DNA from: Spirochaetales bacterium
GTDB lineage: Bacteria > Spirochaetota > Spirochaetia > SZUA-6
Assembly (NCBI GenBank): GCA_027021365.1
Contig: JALUUM010000015.1
Location: 1-59,104, forward strand
Direction: 5' to 3'
Length of the DNA stretch: 59,104 nucleotides
Shown: positions 9,200 to 18,225 of the stretch, in pieces
Layout of the letters: every line of letters begins with the position of its first letter
How positions within the stretch are numbered: the first letter of the stretch is position 1
The notes under the pieces: generated by a model
Told to the model about the DNA's origin: nothing
Seen by the model: the letters and a program-made list of their open reading frames with translations, nothing else
The model's database searches: none
Position numbers and translations under genes: made by a program

Positions 9200-9228
9200 T
9201 TGACATTTGGGCCACAATGCCTTATCGT
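9200..9228 (+). promoter_or_regulatory. possible internal promoter upstream of the SBP gene (TTGACA-17-TATCGT)
   Basis: Consensus -35 with a weak -10. The ATG at 9257 has an AGGAGAG RBS. Confidence 0.25.
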
Positions 9229-9256
9229 GAGAAAAAAATATACGAAAGGAGAGCGT

Positions 9257-11110
9257 ATGAAAAAACTTATTGCTTTTACCGTTGCAATGCTTTTTCTTTT
9301 CTCCGTGTCGGTAGTCTTTGCAGGTGGTGCAAAGGAAAAGACAGGGACAGAACAGAAAAAGGAAGCAACAACAGAAAAGGCTGAGGCTCAGAAAGAAGCT
9401 CCCAAGACAAAGGAAGCAAAAGAGGCCGAAGCAGGAATAAAGAAGACCCAGTTCGAGGGACTTAAGGACATCGATTACTCGGCATGGGAAATCGGCAAAC
9501 CGGGCGGAACCATCGTTGTAACGACCCTTGGTGATCCCAAGAGCTTCAATGCCTTGATAGCAGCAGAAACATCTACGACAGACATCATAAACAGGGTCTA
9601 CGACGCACCGGTAGACAGAAACAACCTCACATTGGAGTGGGAACCGGAACTTGTTAAGAGCTGGAAAATATCCGATGACAACCTTTCGGCAGTATTCACG
9701 ATGAGAGAGGGCCTCAAGTGGTCCGATGGCCAGCCTCTCACCGCCGAGGATGTTGTTTTCACGGTAAATGACCTTATCATGAATAAGAAGGTTCAGAACA
9801 ACATGATAGATGCCTTCTATGTAGGGGACAAACTTGCAAAGGTAGAGCTCCTCGACAAGATGCACTTCAAGGTGACACTTCCCAGTCTCTATGCAGGCCT
9901 CTTCAACATGATGAGCATTCCCGTAATGCCCAAACATATCATCGAACCGCTGATAAAAGAGAAGGGAGCCGAGGCATTCAACTCCTTCTGGGGTGTCGAT
10001 ACAGATGTAAAATCAATAGTTGGTTGCGGACCTTTCGTCGTAGATGAATATGTTCCCGGCCAGAAAATCGTTCTAAAGAAGAATCCCTACTACTGGAAAA
10101 AGGACGCAAAGGGACAGCAACTCCCGTATCTCGACAAGATAGTCTACCTAATAGTGGAAGACCAGAATACGGCTATTCTGAAATTCCAGGCCGGCGAAAC
10201 GGATATCTACGGTCTCCGCGGTGAGGACTATGCAACATTGGTAAACAAGAAAAAAGAACTCAACTTCGAACTCTACAACGGCGGACCTGCTGCAGGAACC
10301 AACTTCCTCGTGTTCAACGAGAATCCAGCCGGTCTTCAGGAACCAAAACTCTCCTGGTTTAATGACAGGAGGTTCAGAAAGGCCATGGCACATCTTATCG
10401 ACAGGGAAACGATAATCAACAATGTCCAGTACGGTTTCGGTTTCCCGCAGTACTCCTTTATACCGACATTCTCACCTTACTACTGGCCCGGAGTAGAGGA
10501 AATCGCTCCGAAGTATGACCCCGAAGCTGCAAAGAAGCTCCTCGATGAAATGGGCCTAATAGATCGTAACGGCGATGGCATAAGAGAGGACAAGGATGGA
10601 AACAAGGTTTCCTTCGTACTCCAGACAAACAGCAACAACACGGTCCGTGTAACCATCGGTGAAATGTTTGCACAGGAGGCAAAGAAAATCGGTGTCGATG
10701 TAACCTTCAAACCGGGTGATTTCAATGCTCTGGTAACTGCCCTCCTAAAGACCTACAAGTGGGATGCAATCATTATCGGCCTTACCGGTTCGGTCGACCC
10801 GATAAGCGGTGCCAATGTCTATCCTTCCAGCGGTAACCTGCACATGATAGAACCAAGGCAGAAAGAGCCACGTCGCGAATGGGAGAAAGAGGTAGACAAA
10901 TGGTGGAACTATGCCAACCTTACACTGGACGAGAACAAGCGTAAGGAAGGTTTCATGCATATCCAGAAGATCTGGATAGAAGAGCTCCCATGGATCTATA
11001 CAACCAACCCGGCCGTAATCTACGCATACAAGAACAAGATCGGTAACGTGAAACCGAGACCTGTTACACGTGGTTTCAACGGTATATGTGAGTACGTGTA
11101 CATAAAATAG
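9257..11110 (+). CDS. ABC transporter substrate-binding protein, family 5 (oligopeptide/dipeptide/nickel type)
   Basis: Signal peptide MKKLIAFTVAMLFLFSVSVVFA, then a low-complexity K/E/A linker, then an SBP_bac_5-like body. The start was refined to the ATG with an RBS, whereas the track ORF begins at 9200. Confidence 0.85.
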   Translation: MKKLIAFTVAMLFLFSVSVVFAGGAKEKTGTEQKKEATTEKAEAQKEAPKTKEAKEAEAGIKKTQFEGLKDIDYSAWEIGKPGGTIVVTTLGDPKSFNALIAAETSTTDIINRVYDAPVDRNNLTLEWEPELVKSWKISDDNLSAVFTMREGLKWSDGQPLTAEDVVFTVNDLIMNKKVQNNMIDAFYVGDKLAKVELLDKMHFKVTLPSLYAGLFNMMSIPVMPKHIIEPLIKEKGAEAFNSFWGVDTDVKSIVGCGPFVVDEYVPGQKIVLKKNPYYWKKDAKGQQLPYLDKIVYLIVEDQNTAILKFQAGETDIYGLRGEDYATLVNKKKELNFELYNGGPAAGTNFLVFNENPAGLQEPKLSWFNDRRFRKAMAHLIDRETIINNVQYGFGFPQYSFIPTFSPYYWPGVEEIAPKYDPEAAKKLLDEMGLIDRNGDGIREDKDGNKVSFVLQTNSNNTVRVTIGEMFAQEAKKIGVDVTFKPGDFNALVTALLKTYKWDAIIIGLTGSVDPISGANVYPSSGNLHMIEPRQKEPRREWEKEVDKWWNYANLTLDENKRKEGFMHIQKIWIEELPWIYTTNPAVIYAYKNKIGNVKPRPVTRGFNGICEYVYIK

Positions 11111-11135
11111 CAACACAGCATTTTCTATGATATTC

Positions 11136-11177
11136 AATCCCGTTTCTCTAGAGAGAGACGGGATTGATATTTTTTTG
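11136..11177 (+). terminator. rho-independent terminator/attenuator after the SBP gene
   Basis: 13-bp stem (aatcccgtttctc / gagagacgggatt, one G-U pair), 4-nt loop, then a TTTTTTT run. Confidence 0.6.
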
Positions 11178-11204
11178 AGTACTATTTAGAAAACGGACGG
11201 ACAA

Positions 11205-12323
11205 GTGAAAAACAAGAAACTTTACTTTGCTACATTTATACTCGACATTCTCCTTATTCTCCTCCTAACTGTCTCCGGCTGGAATGTTTTTGCCTCTATT
11301 TTTCTCGTTGAGATACTAATGTGGCTTGTGAGACTCATATGGATAAGCCCGCCACTTCTCCTTTTCATCCTTAGAAGGCTTGGCCACATGATTCCAATCA
11401 TACTATCCGTAGTAGCTATAGGTTTTTTTCTCATACAACTGGCACCGGGTGACATATTTTCCATGATGGCAATGAATCCCGATATAAAGCAGGAGACACT
11501 TGAAAGATTCAGAAGAGCCTTTGGCCTCGATAAGCCATGGTATGTTCAATTCTTTAAGTACATATGGAACGCCCTCCATGGCGATTTCGGCTATTCCGAG
11601 CTTTTCAAGGCACCTGTTTTCACACTGGTCAGCCAGCGGGCAATGAATACACTGCTCCTCGCAATCCTCTCGTTTATCCTGGCCTGGGGATTTTCAATTC
11701 CCGCCGGGATAATCTGTGCAACGAATCAGTACAAGTGGAAGGACCAGTTGCTCTCATTTTTTGCATTCGCCGGAATGTCCCTTCCAAACTTCTTCCTTGC
11801 CTTCCTCGTAATATACTTTGTCTCCGTTACCGGAAACTGGTTGCCAATAGGAGGAATGTATAGCATAAACATCGATGAGATGAATGCAATAGGGAGGTTT
11901 TTCGACCTTGTGAAGCACCTTATCATTCCGGTCAGTGTCCTTGCCGTGGCAGTAACTGCCCAGCTAACGAGGATTATGAGGGCAAATATGCTGGAGATAC
12001 TGGGACAGCAGTATGTAACAACCGCCAGGTCAAAGGGCCTGCACGAACGGGTCGTCGTTTACAGGCATGCCTTAAGAAATGCCATAAACCCCATGATAAC
12101 AATATTCGGTTTTCAGCTAGGCTCCCTTCTCGGAGGGGCTGCGCTTGTAGAAACGGTTCTCGCATGGCCCGGCCTGGGGAAACTGATACTTGCCGCACTC
12201 CTTGCCCAGGATCTATACCTCGTTGTCGGAAGCCTCATCTACGGTGTTGCATTCCTCGTAATCGGAAACCTTGTAGCCGATATACTACTCGCCATTGTCG
12301 ATCCCAGAGTGAGGTTGAGCTGA
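11205..12323 (+). CDS. ABC transporter permease (OppB/DppB-like)
   Basis: The canonical OppB start (LLFILRRLGHMIPIILSVV) appears about 40 aa in, and the EAA loop region is present. The true start may instead be the ATG at ~11319. Confidence 0.8.
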   Translation: MKNKKLYFATFILDILLILLLTVSGWNVFASIFLVEILMWLVRLIWISPPLLLFILRRLGHMIPIILSVVAIGFFLIQLAPGDIFSMMAMNPDIKQETLERFRRAFGLDKPWYVQFFKYIWNALHGDFGYSELFKAPVFTLVSQRAMNTLLLAILSFILAWGFSIPAGIICATNQYKWKDQLLSFFAFAGMSLPNFFLAFLVIYFVSVTGNWLPIGGMYSINIDEMNAIGRFFDLVKHLIIPVSVLAVAVTAQLTRIMRANMLEILGQQYVTTARSKGLHERVVVYRHALRNAINPMITIFGFQLGSLLGGAALVETVLAWPGLGKLILAALLAQDLYLVVGSLIYGVAFLVIGNLVADILLAIVDPRVRLS

Positions 12324-13753
12324 TGAGAGAAAAGGCATTAAAGAATCCGAAAGGAATTACAGAGGAAAAACTGGAACTGGCAGAGGGAATATCGGAAAGG
12401 GGTGAATCCTTAACCAGGATATTTTACAGAAGATTCAAGAAACACACACTGGGTAAAATTGGTGCTATCGTACTCTTTATTCTCTATTTCATAGCAATAT
12501 TTGCAGATTTTCTTTCTCCCTTCTCCATGACATGGACTGACAAGAGAAAATCATTCCATCCGCCGACACCTATTCATTTCTTCTACAGTAAAAATGGGAG
12601 AAAAATCTTCAAGCCCTTCGTGTACGAGATGAAGATAAAGAACATAGCCTTCAAGAAATACGCAGTAGTTCCGGAATATACACTAAGGGCAATATCGATT
12701 GAACCCCTTCCCGAAGTAAACGAGCTTCGCTCGGTTGCTACCGATTCATCGGCAACAGCGAGAAAGAGAAGAATAATGAGAGATGTCTCGAGAAAGTACT
12801 CTCTTTCTCCCGGTTCGCCTGTCCTTAAGAGATTATCCGAAACGATAGACAAGCTGGAAGCTTCTCCGGAGAAGGACAAGACCGTCGTATTCCGGGTGGG
12901 GGAAAAGAAAATAGGAAACAGGGAACATGTACCGCTTGAGTTGCTTCTCGTGAAAGGGAACAAGAACTTTCTCGGTTTTTTCTTCAAGGGCATCCCCTAT
13001 AAATTCTGGAATCTCTTTCAAACGAGAATACACTTCTTCGGTTCGCCAACCGGAGGTTACTTTATGTCCGGAACGGACCAGATGGGACGTGACGTTCTTT
13101 CAAGGCTCTTTCACGGAAGCAGGATTTCTCTTTCCATAGGGCTTCTTGGAATTCTAATATCTTTCACTCTTGGTCTCCTTATAGGAGGAATCGCCGGCTA
13201 CTTCGGTGGGGTGGTTGATGTTTTTCTAATGAGGTTCAGTGAAATAATAATGTCATTTCCTGCTATCTACCTTCTCTTTGCTCTCAGGGCAAGTTTTCCG
13301 CCCAATTTAAATTCAATACAGGTGTACCTCTTAATAGTTGTTATCCTCTCCTTTGTAGGATGGGCAGGGCTTGCCAGAATAATCAGAGGAATGGTTCTCT
13401 CCCTGAAAAACGAAGAGTTTGTCCTGGCAGCAAAGGCCATGGGGCTATCGCATCTAAAAATAATAGTAAGGCACATACTTGCAAATACAGTTTCATACGT
13501 AATAATACAGGCTACGATAAGCATTCCGCGATACATACTGGGAGAATCCGCCTTGAGCCTCCTGGGACTCGGAATAACCGATCCGCAATCAAGCTGGGGT
13601 CTTATGCTGTCGGTGGCAAGAAATACGAGAATAATCAAGGATTTCCCATGGATATTGATACCCGGATTCTTCATATTCTTTGCCATAATGGCCTGGAACT
13701 TTTTCGGTGACGGAATAAGGGATGCCGTGGATCCGCACAGCAGGCATCAGTGA
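12323..13753 (+). CDS. ABC transporter permease (OppC/DppC-like) with ~180-aa extracytoplasmic insertion
   Basis: The ATG at 12323 overlaps the upstream stop codon (ATGA). The protein is 477 aa against ~300 aa for typical OppC. The C-terminal half carries the BPD permease core. Confidence 0.8.
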   Translation: MREKALKNPKGITEEKLELAEGISERGESLTRIFYRRFKKHTLGKIGAIVLFILYFIAIFADFLSPFSMTWTDKRKSFHPPTPIHFFYSKNGRKIFKPFVYEMKIKNIAFKKYAVVPEYTLRAISIEPLPEVNELRSVATDSSATARKRRIMRDVSRKYSLSPGSPVLKRLSETIDKLEASPEKDKTVVFRVGEKKIGNREHVPLELLLVKGNKNFLGFFFKGIPYKFWNLFQTRIHFFGSPTGGYFMSGTDQMGRDVLSRLFHGSRISLSIGLLGILISFTLGLLIGGIAGYFGGVVDVFLMRFSEIIMSFPAIYLLFALRASFPPNLNSIQVYLLIVVILSFVGWAGLARIIRGMVLSLKNEEFVLAAKAMGLSHLKIIVRHILANTVSYVIIQATISIPRYILGESALSLLGLGITDPQSSWGLMLSVARNTRIIKDFPWILIPGFFIFFAIMAWNFFGDGIRDAVDPHSRHQ

Positions 13754-13775
13754 AAAAGATGATGAGGAAAATGAA

Positions 13776-14813
13776 ATGAAATACCTTCTTGAGGTGAAAA
13801 ACCTAAAAACCTACTTTCACATGCACGACCATATCGTAAGAGCCGTAGACGGGGTGGATTTTCATCTGTTTCCCAATGAAACACTTGGTGTGGTAGGAGA
13901 ATCGGGCTGCGGCAAATCGGTAATGTCCCTCTCCATTATGAGGCTCGTTCCCACGCCTCCCGGAAAGATCGAAGACGGACAAATCCTACTAGAGGGTGAA
14001 GACCTCTTAAAGGTTTCCGATGAACGGATAAGGGAGATACGAGGAGACAGGATTTCCATGATATTCCAGGAACCTATGACTTCCCTGAACCCTGTTTACA
14101 CAATCGGATACCAGATAGCAGAATCTCTCGTTGTTCACAGGGGGATGAGCCAGGAGGAAGCAATAGAGGAGAGCAAAAGACTTCTCGACCTCGTGGGAAT
14201 GCCGGATGCCGAGGAGCGCGTTAGTGAATATCCCTTCCAGTTGAGCGGGGGCTTAAGGCAGAGAGCTATGATAGCAATGGCCCTGGCCTGTGAGCCATCT
14301 ATCCTCATAGCAGACGAACCTACCACGGCACTCGATGTGACAATCCAGGCTCAGATACTAAGGCTGATGCGCAGCCTGAAAGAAAAGACCAAATCTTCCA
14401 TAATATTCATCACACACGACCTGGCAGTCATAGCGAGCTTTGCCGACAGGGTAATCGTAATGTATGCCGGAGTAATAGTGGAATCCGCCCCGGTACGTGA
14501 CATATTCAAGAAACCACTTCATCCATACACCATCGGACTGCTGAATTCGGTCCCCAAACTGGGATCTACCAAGTACAACCCGGATGGTTCCAAGAATCTT
14601 CTGAATATCATACCCGGCACACTTCCGGACCCCCGGAACTTCCCCAGTGGTTGCAGATTCGCCCCGAGGTGCTCAAAAGCAATGGATAAATGTTTCGAGG
14701 GCGAACCGTCCATCGTCGATATAGAGAAGAATCATTCCATACGATGTTTTCTTTATTCGGACGAGATTGCGGAGAGTGCCAATAGGGAACCACAGGGGGT
14801 AAAAGATGCCTGA
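13776..14813 (+). CDS. ABC transporter ATP-binding protein (OppD-like) with C-terminal Cys motif
   Basis: Walker A is GESGCGKS, the signature motif is LSGGLRQR and Walker B is ILIADEPTTALD. The C-terminal motif is CRFAPRCSKAMDKC. The start was refined to MKYLLEV. Confidence 0.9.
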   Translation: MKYLLEVKNLKTYFHMHDHIVRAVDGVDFHLFPNETLGVVGESGCGKSVMSLSIMRLVPTPPGKIEDGQILLEGEDLLKVSDERIREIRGDRISMIFQEPMTSLNPVYTIGYQIAESLVVHRGMSQEEAIEESKRLLDLVGMPDAEERVSEYPFQLSGGLRQRAMIAMALACEPSILIADEPTTALDVTIQAQILRLMRSLKEKTKSSIIFITHDLAVIASFADRVIVMYAGVIVESAPVRDIFKKPLHPYTIGLLNSVPKLGSTKYNPDGSKNLLNIIPGTLPDPRNFPSGCRFAPRCSKAMDKCFEGEPSIVDIEKNHSIRCFLYSDEIAESANREPQGVKDA

Positions 14814-15948
14814 AACCAGCAAGCTACTCTTGAAGGTGCATAAACTTACAAAGACGTTTCCCGTGAAGGCAAGTACCTTCTCCAACAAAAAACTGATACT
14901 AAAGGCAGTCGATTCCATTTCCTTTGACCTCATAAAGGGCGAAACACTGGGGCTCGTGGGAGAGTCCGGTTGCGGCAAGACAACCACGGGCAGAACCATT
15001 CTAAGGCTCTATGAACCGGATCACGGGAGGGTTTTTCTCGACCCCGATGAAAATGTCATGGCAAAGGTACTGGAACTGGATGAAAAGGCAGACAAGATAT
15101 CAGGGGAAATAAAAGAGCTAACCAGCCAGGGGAAAAAGGGTGAAGCTTCGCACCTCAAATCACAACTAAAGAAACTCAAGCGAGAGGCAGAGGAAATTGC
15201 AAGAAAAACAGACATATTCTCCATGCCGAGAGATATCCTTAAGCAGCACAGGAGAAAAATGCAGGTTGTCTTTCAGGATCCATGGGCCTCGTTGAATCCT
15301 CGAATGCTCGTAAAAGAGATAATAGGTGAAGGTCCCAGGGAATTCAAGTTGTACCGGGGAAAAGAACTGGATGACTGGATCAGGGAACTGATTCACAAGG
15401 TTGGGCTTCCCTCTCGCTCTGCAGAAAGATACCCCCATGAGTTTTCCGGCGGGCAGAGACAGCGAATCGGAATAGCCAGGGCTCTGGCATTGAACCCCTC
15501 GCTGATTATCTGTGACGAGCCCGTATCGGCCCTGGATGTTTCGATACAGGCACAGGTCCTTAACCTTCTTATAGAGCTTCAGGAAGATTTCGACCTCACC
15601 TACATCTTTATTGCTCACGATTTGAGTGTCGTTCAGTACATCTCCGACAGGGTGGCAGTGATGTACCTGGGAAGAATATGCGAGCTTGCCGAGAGCAAGG
15701 AACTCTATGCCTCACCGAGGCATCCATACACCATATCTCTCCTCTCAGCCGTTCCCGTAGCGGATCCCGATTACAAGCAGGAGCAGATTATTCTGGAAGG
15801 TGATGTACCGAGTCCCGTAAATCCACCCTCCGGGTGCACCTTCCATCCAAGATGCCCATATGCAACAGAAATCTGCAGTACCGTAATTCCAGAGCTCAAG
15901 GAGATCTCTCCGGGACATCTCCTTGCATGCCATAATCCGCCGAAATGA
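14806..15948 (+). CDS. ABC transporter ATP-binding protein (OppF-like) with ~70-aa coiled-coil insertion
   Basis: Walker A is GESGCGKT, the signature motif is FSGGQRQR and Walker B is LIICDEPVSALD. The C-terminal motif is CTFHPRCPYATEIC. A K/E-rich insert sits between Walker A and the Q-loop. Confidence 0.9.
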   Translation: MPETSKLLLKVHKLTKTFPVKASTFSNKKLILKAVDSISFDLIKGETLGLVGESGCGKTTTGRTILRLYEPDHGRVFLDPDENVMAKVLELDEKADKISGEIKELTSQGKKGEASHLKSQLKKLKREAEEIARKTDIFSMPRDILKQHRRKMQVVFQDPWASLNPRMLVKEIIGEGPREFKLYRGKELDDWIRELIHKVGLPSRSAERYPHEFSGGQRQRIGIARALALNPSLIICDEPVSALDVSIQAQVLNLLIELQEDFDLTYIFIAHDLSVVQYISDRVAVMYLGRICELAESKELYASPRHPYTISLLSAVPVADPDYKQEQIILEGDVPSPVNPPSGCTFHPRCPYATEICSTVIPELKEISPGHLLACHNPPK

Positions 15949-16439
15949 TACACCAGGGACCACTGAAAAAGCTCAAAATAGAGGGAGATCTGCTTACCAT
16001 CAAGACTGGGATCTACAAGAACATCTCCTTCTTCATCCTCTTCATCATCCTCCTTATTGCCGTCATAACAAACATCTCGTTCCCCGATGATTTCAGGGGA
16101 CAGAGACTTACCGGTACACTGGTGATAATCATCCTTCTCGTTTCCTCCGCGCTCATGTCGCTGCACAGGTGGGAACTGAAGGCTAAAGGGGGCAGGATAA
16201 CAATTCAACACAACTTCATGCTCTTCTCACTCTTGGGGAGAAGTTACTCCTATGATGAGCTCAAAAGTATCGAAGTAGAAGATATTCAACCGGGTGGAAT
16301 TGCCAGGTACAAATTTTACCAGCTCTTTCTCTTTTTTCAAAGAAGTGATTCTGAAAAAAGAGAGGTTATCTATTCGACGAGTGATCAAGCAACTGTAAAG
16401 GAAATGGCCGAAAGTCTAAAATCATTCTTCCGGCTATGA
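15945..16439 (+). CDS. hypothetical small membrane protein (2 TM + PH/bPH-like C-terminal region), last gene of the Opp operon
   Basis: 164 aa. Its start overlaps the OppF stop. Two hydrophobic helices precede a soluble tail. Confidence 0.4.
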   Translation: MIHQGPLKKLKIEGDLLTIKTGIYKNISFFILFIILLIAVITNISFPDDFRGQRLTGTLVIIILLVSSALMSLHRWELKAKGGRITIQHNFMLFSLLGRSYSYDELKSIEVEDIQPGGIARYKFYQLFLFFQRSDSEKREVIYSTSDQATVKEMAESLKSFFRL

Positions 16440-16455
16440 GGGGGAGTGTATTCTC

Positions 16456-16842
16456 CTATTTTTCCTGCCAGATTCTGTTTAAACGGTTGAAAATATTCTC
16501 CTCCGATTCCTCAGGCATACCATTCTGGAGAGATAGTTCATATATAGTCTCCAGAATAATATCCCTCGCTTCCCTGCTCTTTATTCTCCTTGCATATTCA
16601 TAAAAGGATTCCTCATCCTTTATATTCTCTTCGAAATCGACAAGACATTCCTCGTAGTCCCTGAATTTGAGCTTCTCCAGTATGCTGTCGATGTCATCCA
16701 GCTCTCCTTCATCTATAGTACCATCGGCCATCGTTACAGCCCTTATACATCCTGCGAGAAACACCCTCTCTTCCCTTGTCAATTTACCAACATCATGCAT
16801 AACAAGACCTCCGGTTAGAAGGTAAACTGCATTCTCCTTCAT
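16456..16842 (-). CDS. TerB-like (tellurite-resistance TerB / DjlA N-domain-like) small acidic protein
   Basis: 128 aa and acidic, with a helical pattern consistent with the TerB fold. The call is weak. Confidence 0.3.
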   Translation of the reverse strand: MKENAVYLLTGGLVMHDVGKLTREERVFLAGCIRAVTMADGTIDEGELDDIDSILEKLKFRDYEECLVDFEENIKDEESFYEYARRIKSREARDIILETIYELSLQNGMPEESEENIFNRLNRIWQEK

Positions 16843-16878
16843 GTCAACCGGAATCTCAACCTCAAATCCGGCACGAGA

Positions 16879-18225
16879 CTACGTTTCGATGGCCAGGTTC
16901 TTCATCTTCCTCACCAGATTATTGGGAAGCATTCCCAGGGCAATGGCAGTTCTGGAGATATTTCCCCCGTGCAGTTCCAACTGTTCGATTATGTATCGCC
17001 TTTCAAGCTCCCTCTTTGCATCACCGTACTTCATTGTTTTTCGAAAGATGGATTCCCCGTATTGATCCTTAACGCCCCTCGACTCAGTTGTATAAATGGC
17101 AGAGACTTCCCTTTCCGTTATGACCTCGCCCTCTGCCAGTACGTAGAGACGGCTCACCAGGTTCTTTAGCTCCCTCACATTGCCCCTGAAGTGTAGCTTC
17201 CGTATGTATTCAAGTGCAGCTTCGGAAAAGGATTTCTCTCCCATCCCACCTTCGAGGTTAAGCTTTTTCAAGAAATACCTGGCAAGAATCGGTATGTCTT
17301 CCCTCCTCTCTCTTAGAGGCTTTACATCGATTCGTATTGCACTGATCCGGTAGTAGAGATCCTCTCTGAAACTGCCCCTCTCTATTGATTCCTCGAGGTT
17401 TCTATTGGTGGCAGATATCAATCTGAAATCCGATCTCCTCATTTTTTCGTCACCTACCCTGGAAAACTCGCCGTTTTCAAGGACTCTCAACAGTTTCACC
17501 TGCTGGGAAAGTGGCATCTCGCCAATCTCATCGAGGAAGAGCGTACTATCATTGGCACGTTCTATGTAACCGACCCTTTCCCGCAGTGCATCGGTAAATG
17601 CTCCCTTTACGTGGCCGAAGAGCTCACTCTCCAGGAGATTCTCCGGTATGGAGGCACAATTCACAGTTACCATCTCATTGTAGGAATGCCTGCTCTTCAG
17701 GTGAATCAAATGTGCAACATGCTCCTTTCCCGTTCCGCTCTCACCGGTAATCAATACCGGAAAATCCGTGGAAGCAGCTTTTTCTATCATGCTCTCGAGA
17801 TCTTTCAAAAAGGGTGATTTTCCCACCAGCCTGTAACTGTCCCTCATATCCTCGATTATTTTCGAGTAGTTCCTGTGTTCAAGAGCATTTTTTACAGCAA
17901 CAACGAGCTTCTGAAAGGATATGGGCTTTTCCAGGAAGTCGAAAGCCCCCTTTTTTATCGCCTTCACCGCTTTATCCACCGTCGAGTACCCTGAAATCAT
18001 GATACATTCGGTAAGGGGATACTTCCTCTTTATGTGGTCAAGAACATCGAGACCATTCTCCTCTCCCAGCCTTACATCGATTATCGCTATGTATATGTCT
18101 TCAAACCTTTCAAATGCCTCCTTTGCCTGGCGCATACTCTTTGCACCTACAATGGTGTAGGAGTCCAATACCTTCCTAAAACTCCTGATAATATCATCGC
18201 TGTCATCGACTACCAGTATTCTCAT
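16879..18225 (-). CDS. sigma-54-dependent response regulator (NtrC family: REC + AAA+ sigma54-activator + HTH)
   Basis: REC domain begins MRILVVDDSDD, Walker A is GESGTGKE, the GAFTDA (GAFTGA-type) motif is present, and a C-terminal Fis-type HTH follows. Confidence 0.9.
   Translation of the reverse strand: MRILVVDDSDDIIRSFRKVLDSYTIVGAKSMRQAKEAFERFEDIYIAIIDVRLGEENGLDVLDHIKRKYPLTECIMISGYSTVDKAVKAIKKGAFDFLEKPISFQKLVVAVKNALEHRNYSKIIEDMRDSYRLVGKSPFLKDLESMIEKAASTDFPVLITGESGTGKEHVAHLIHLKSRHSYNEMVTVNCASIPENLLESELFGHVKGAFTDALRERVGYIERANDSTLFLDEIGEMPLSQQVKLLRVLENGEFSRVGDEKMRRSDFRLISATNRNLEESIERGSFREDLYYRISAIRIDVKPLRERREDIPILARYFLKKLNLEGGMGEKSFSEAALEYIRKLHFRGNVRELKNLVSRLYVLAEGEVITEREVSAIYTTESRGVKDQYGESIFRKTMKYGDAKRELERRYIIEQLELHGGNISRTAIALGMLPNNLVRKMKNLAIET

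Noticed and set aside
9191-9937. 248-aa minus-strand Cys-rich ORF (…CCCFLFLFCPCLFLC…)
   Set aside because: It is antisense to the SBP gene. Its low-complexity sequence mirrors the K/E-rich linker on the coding strand.
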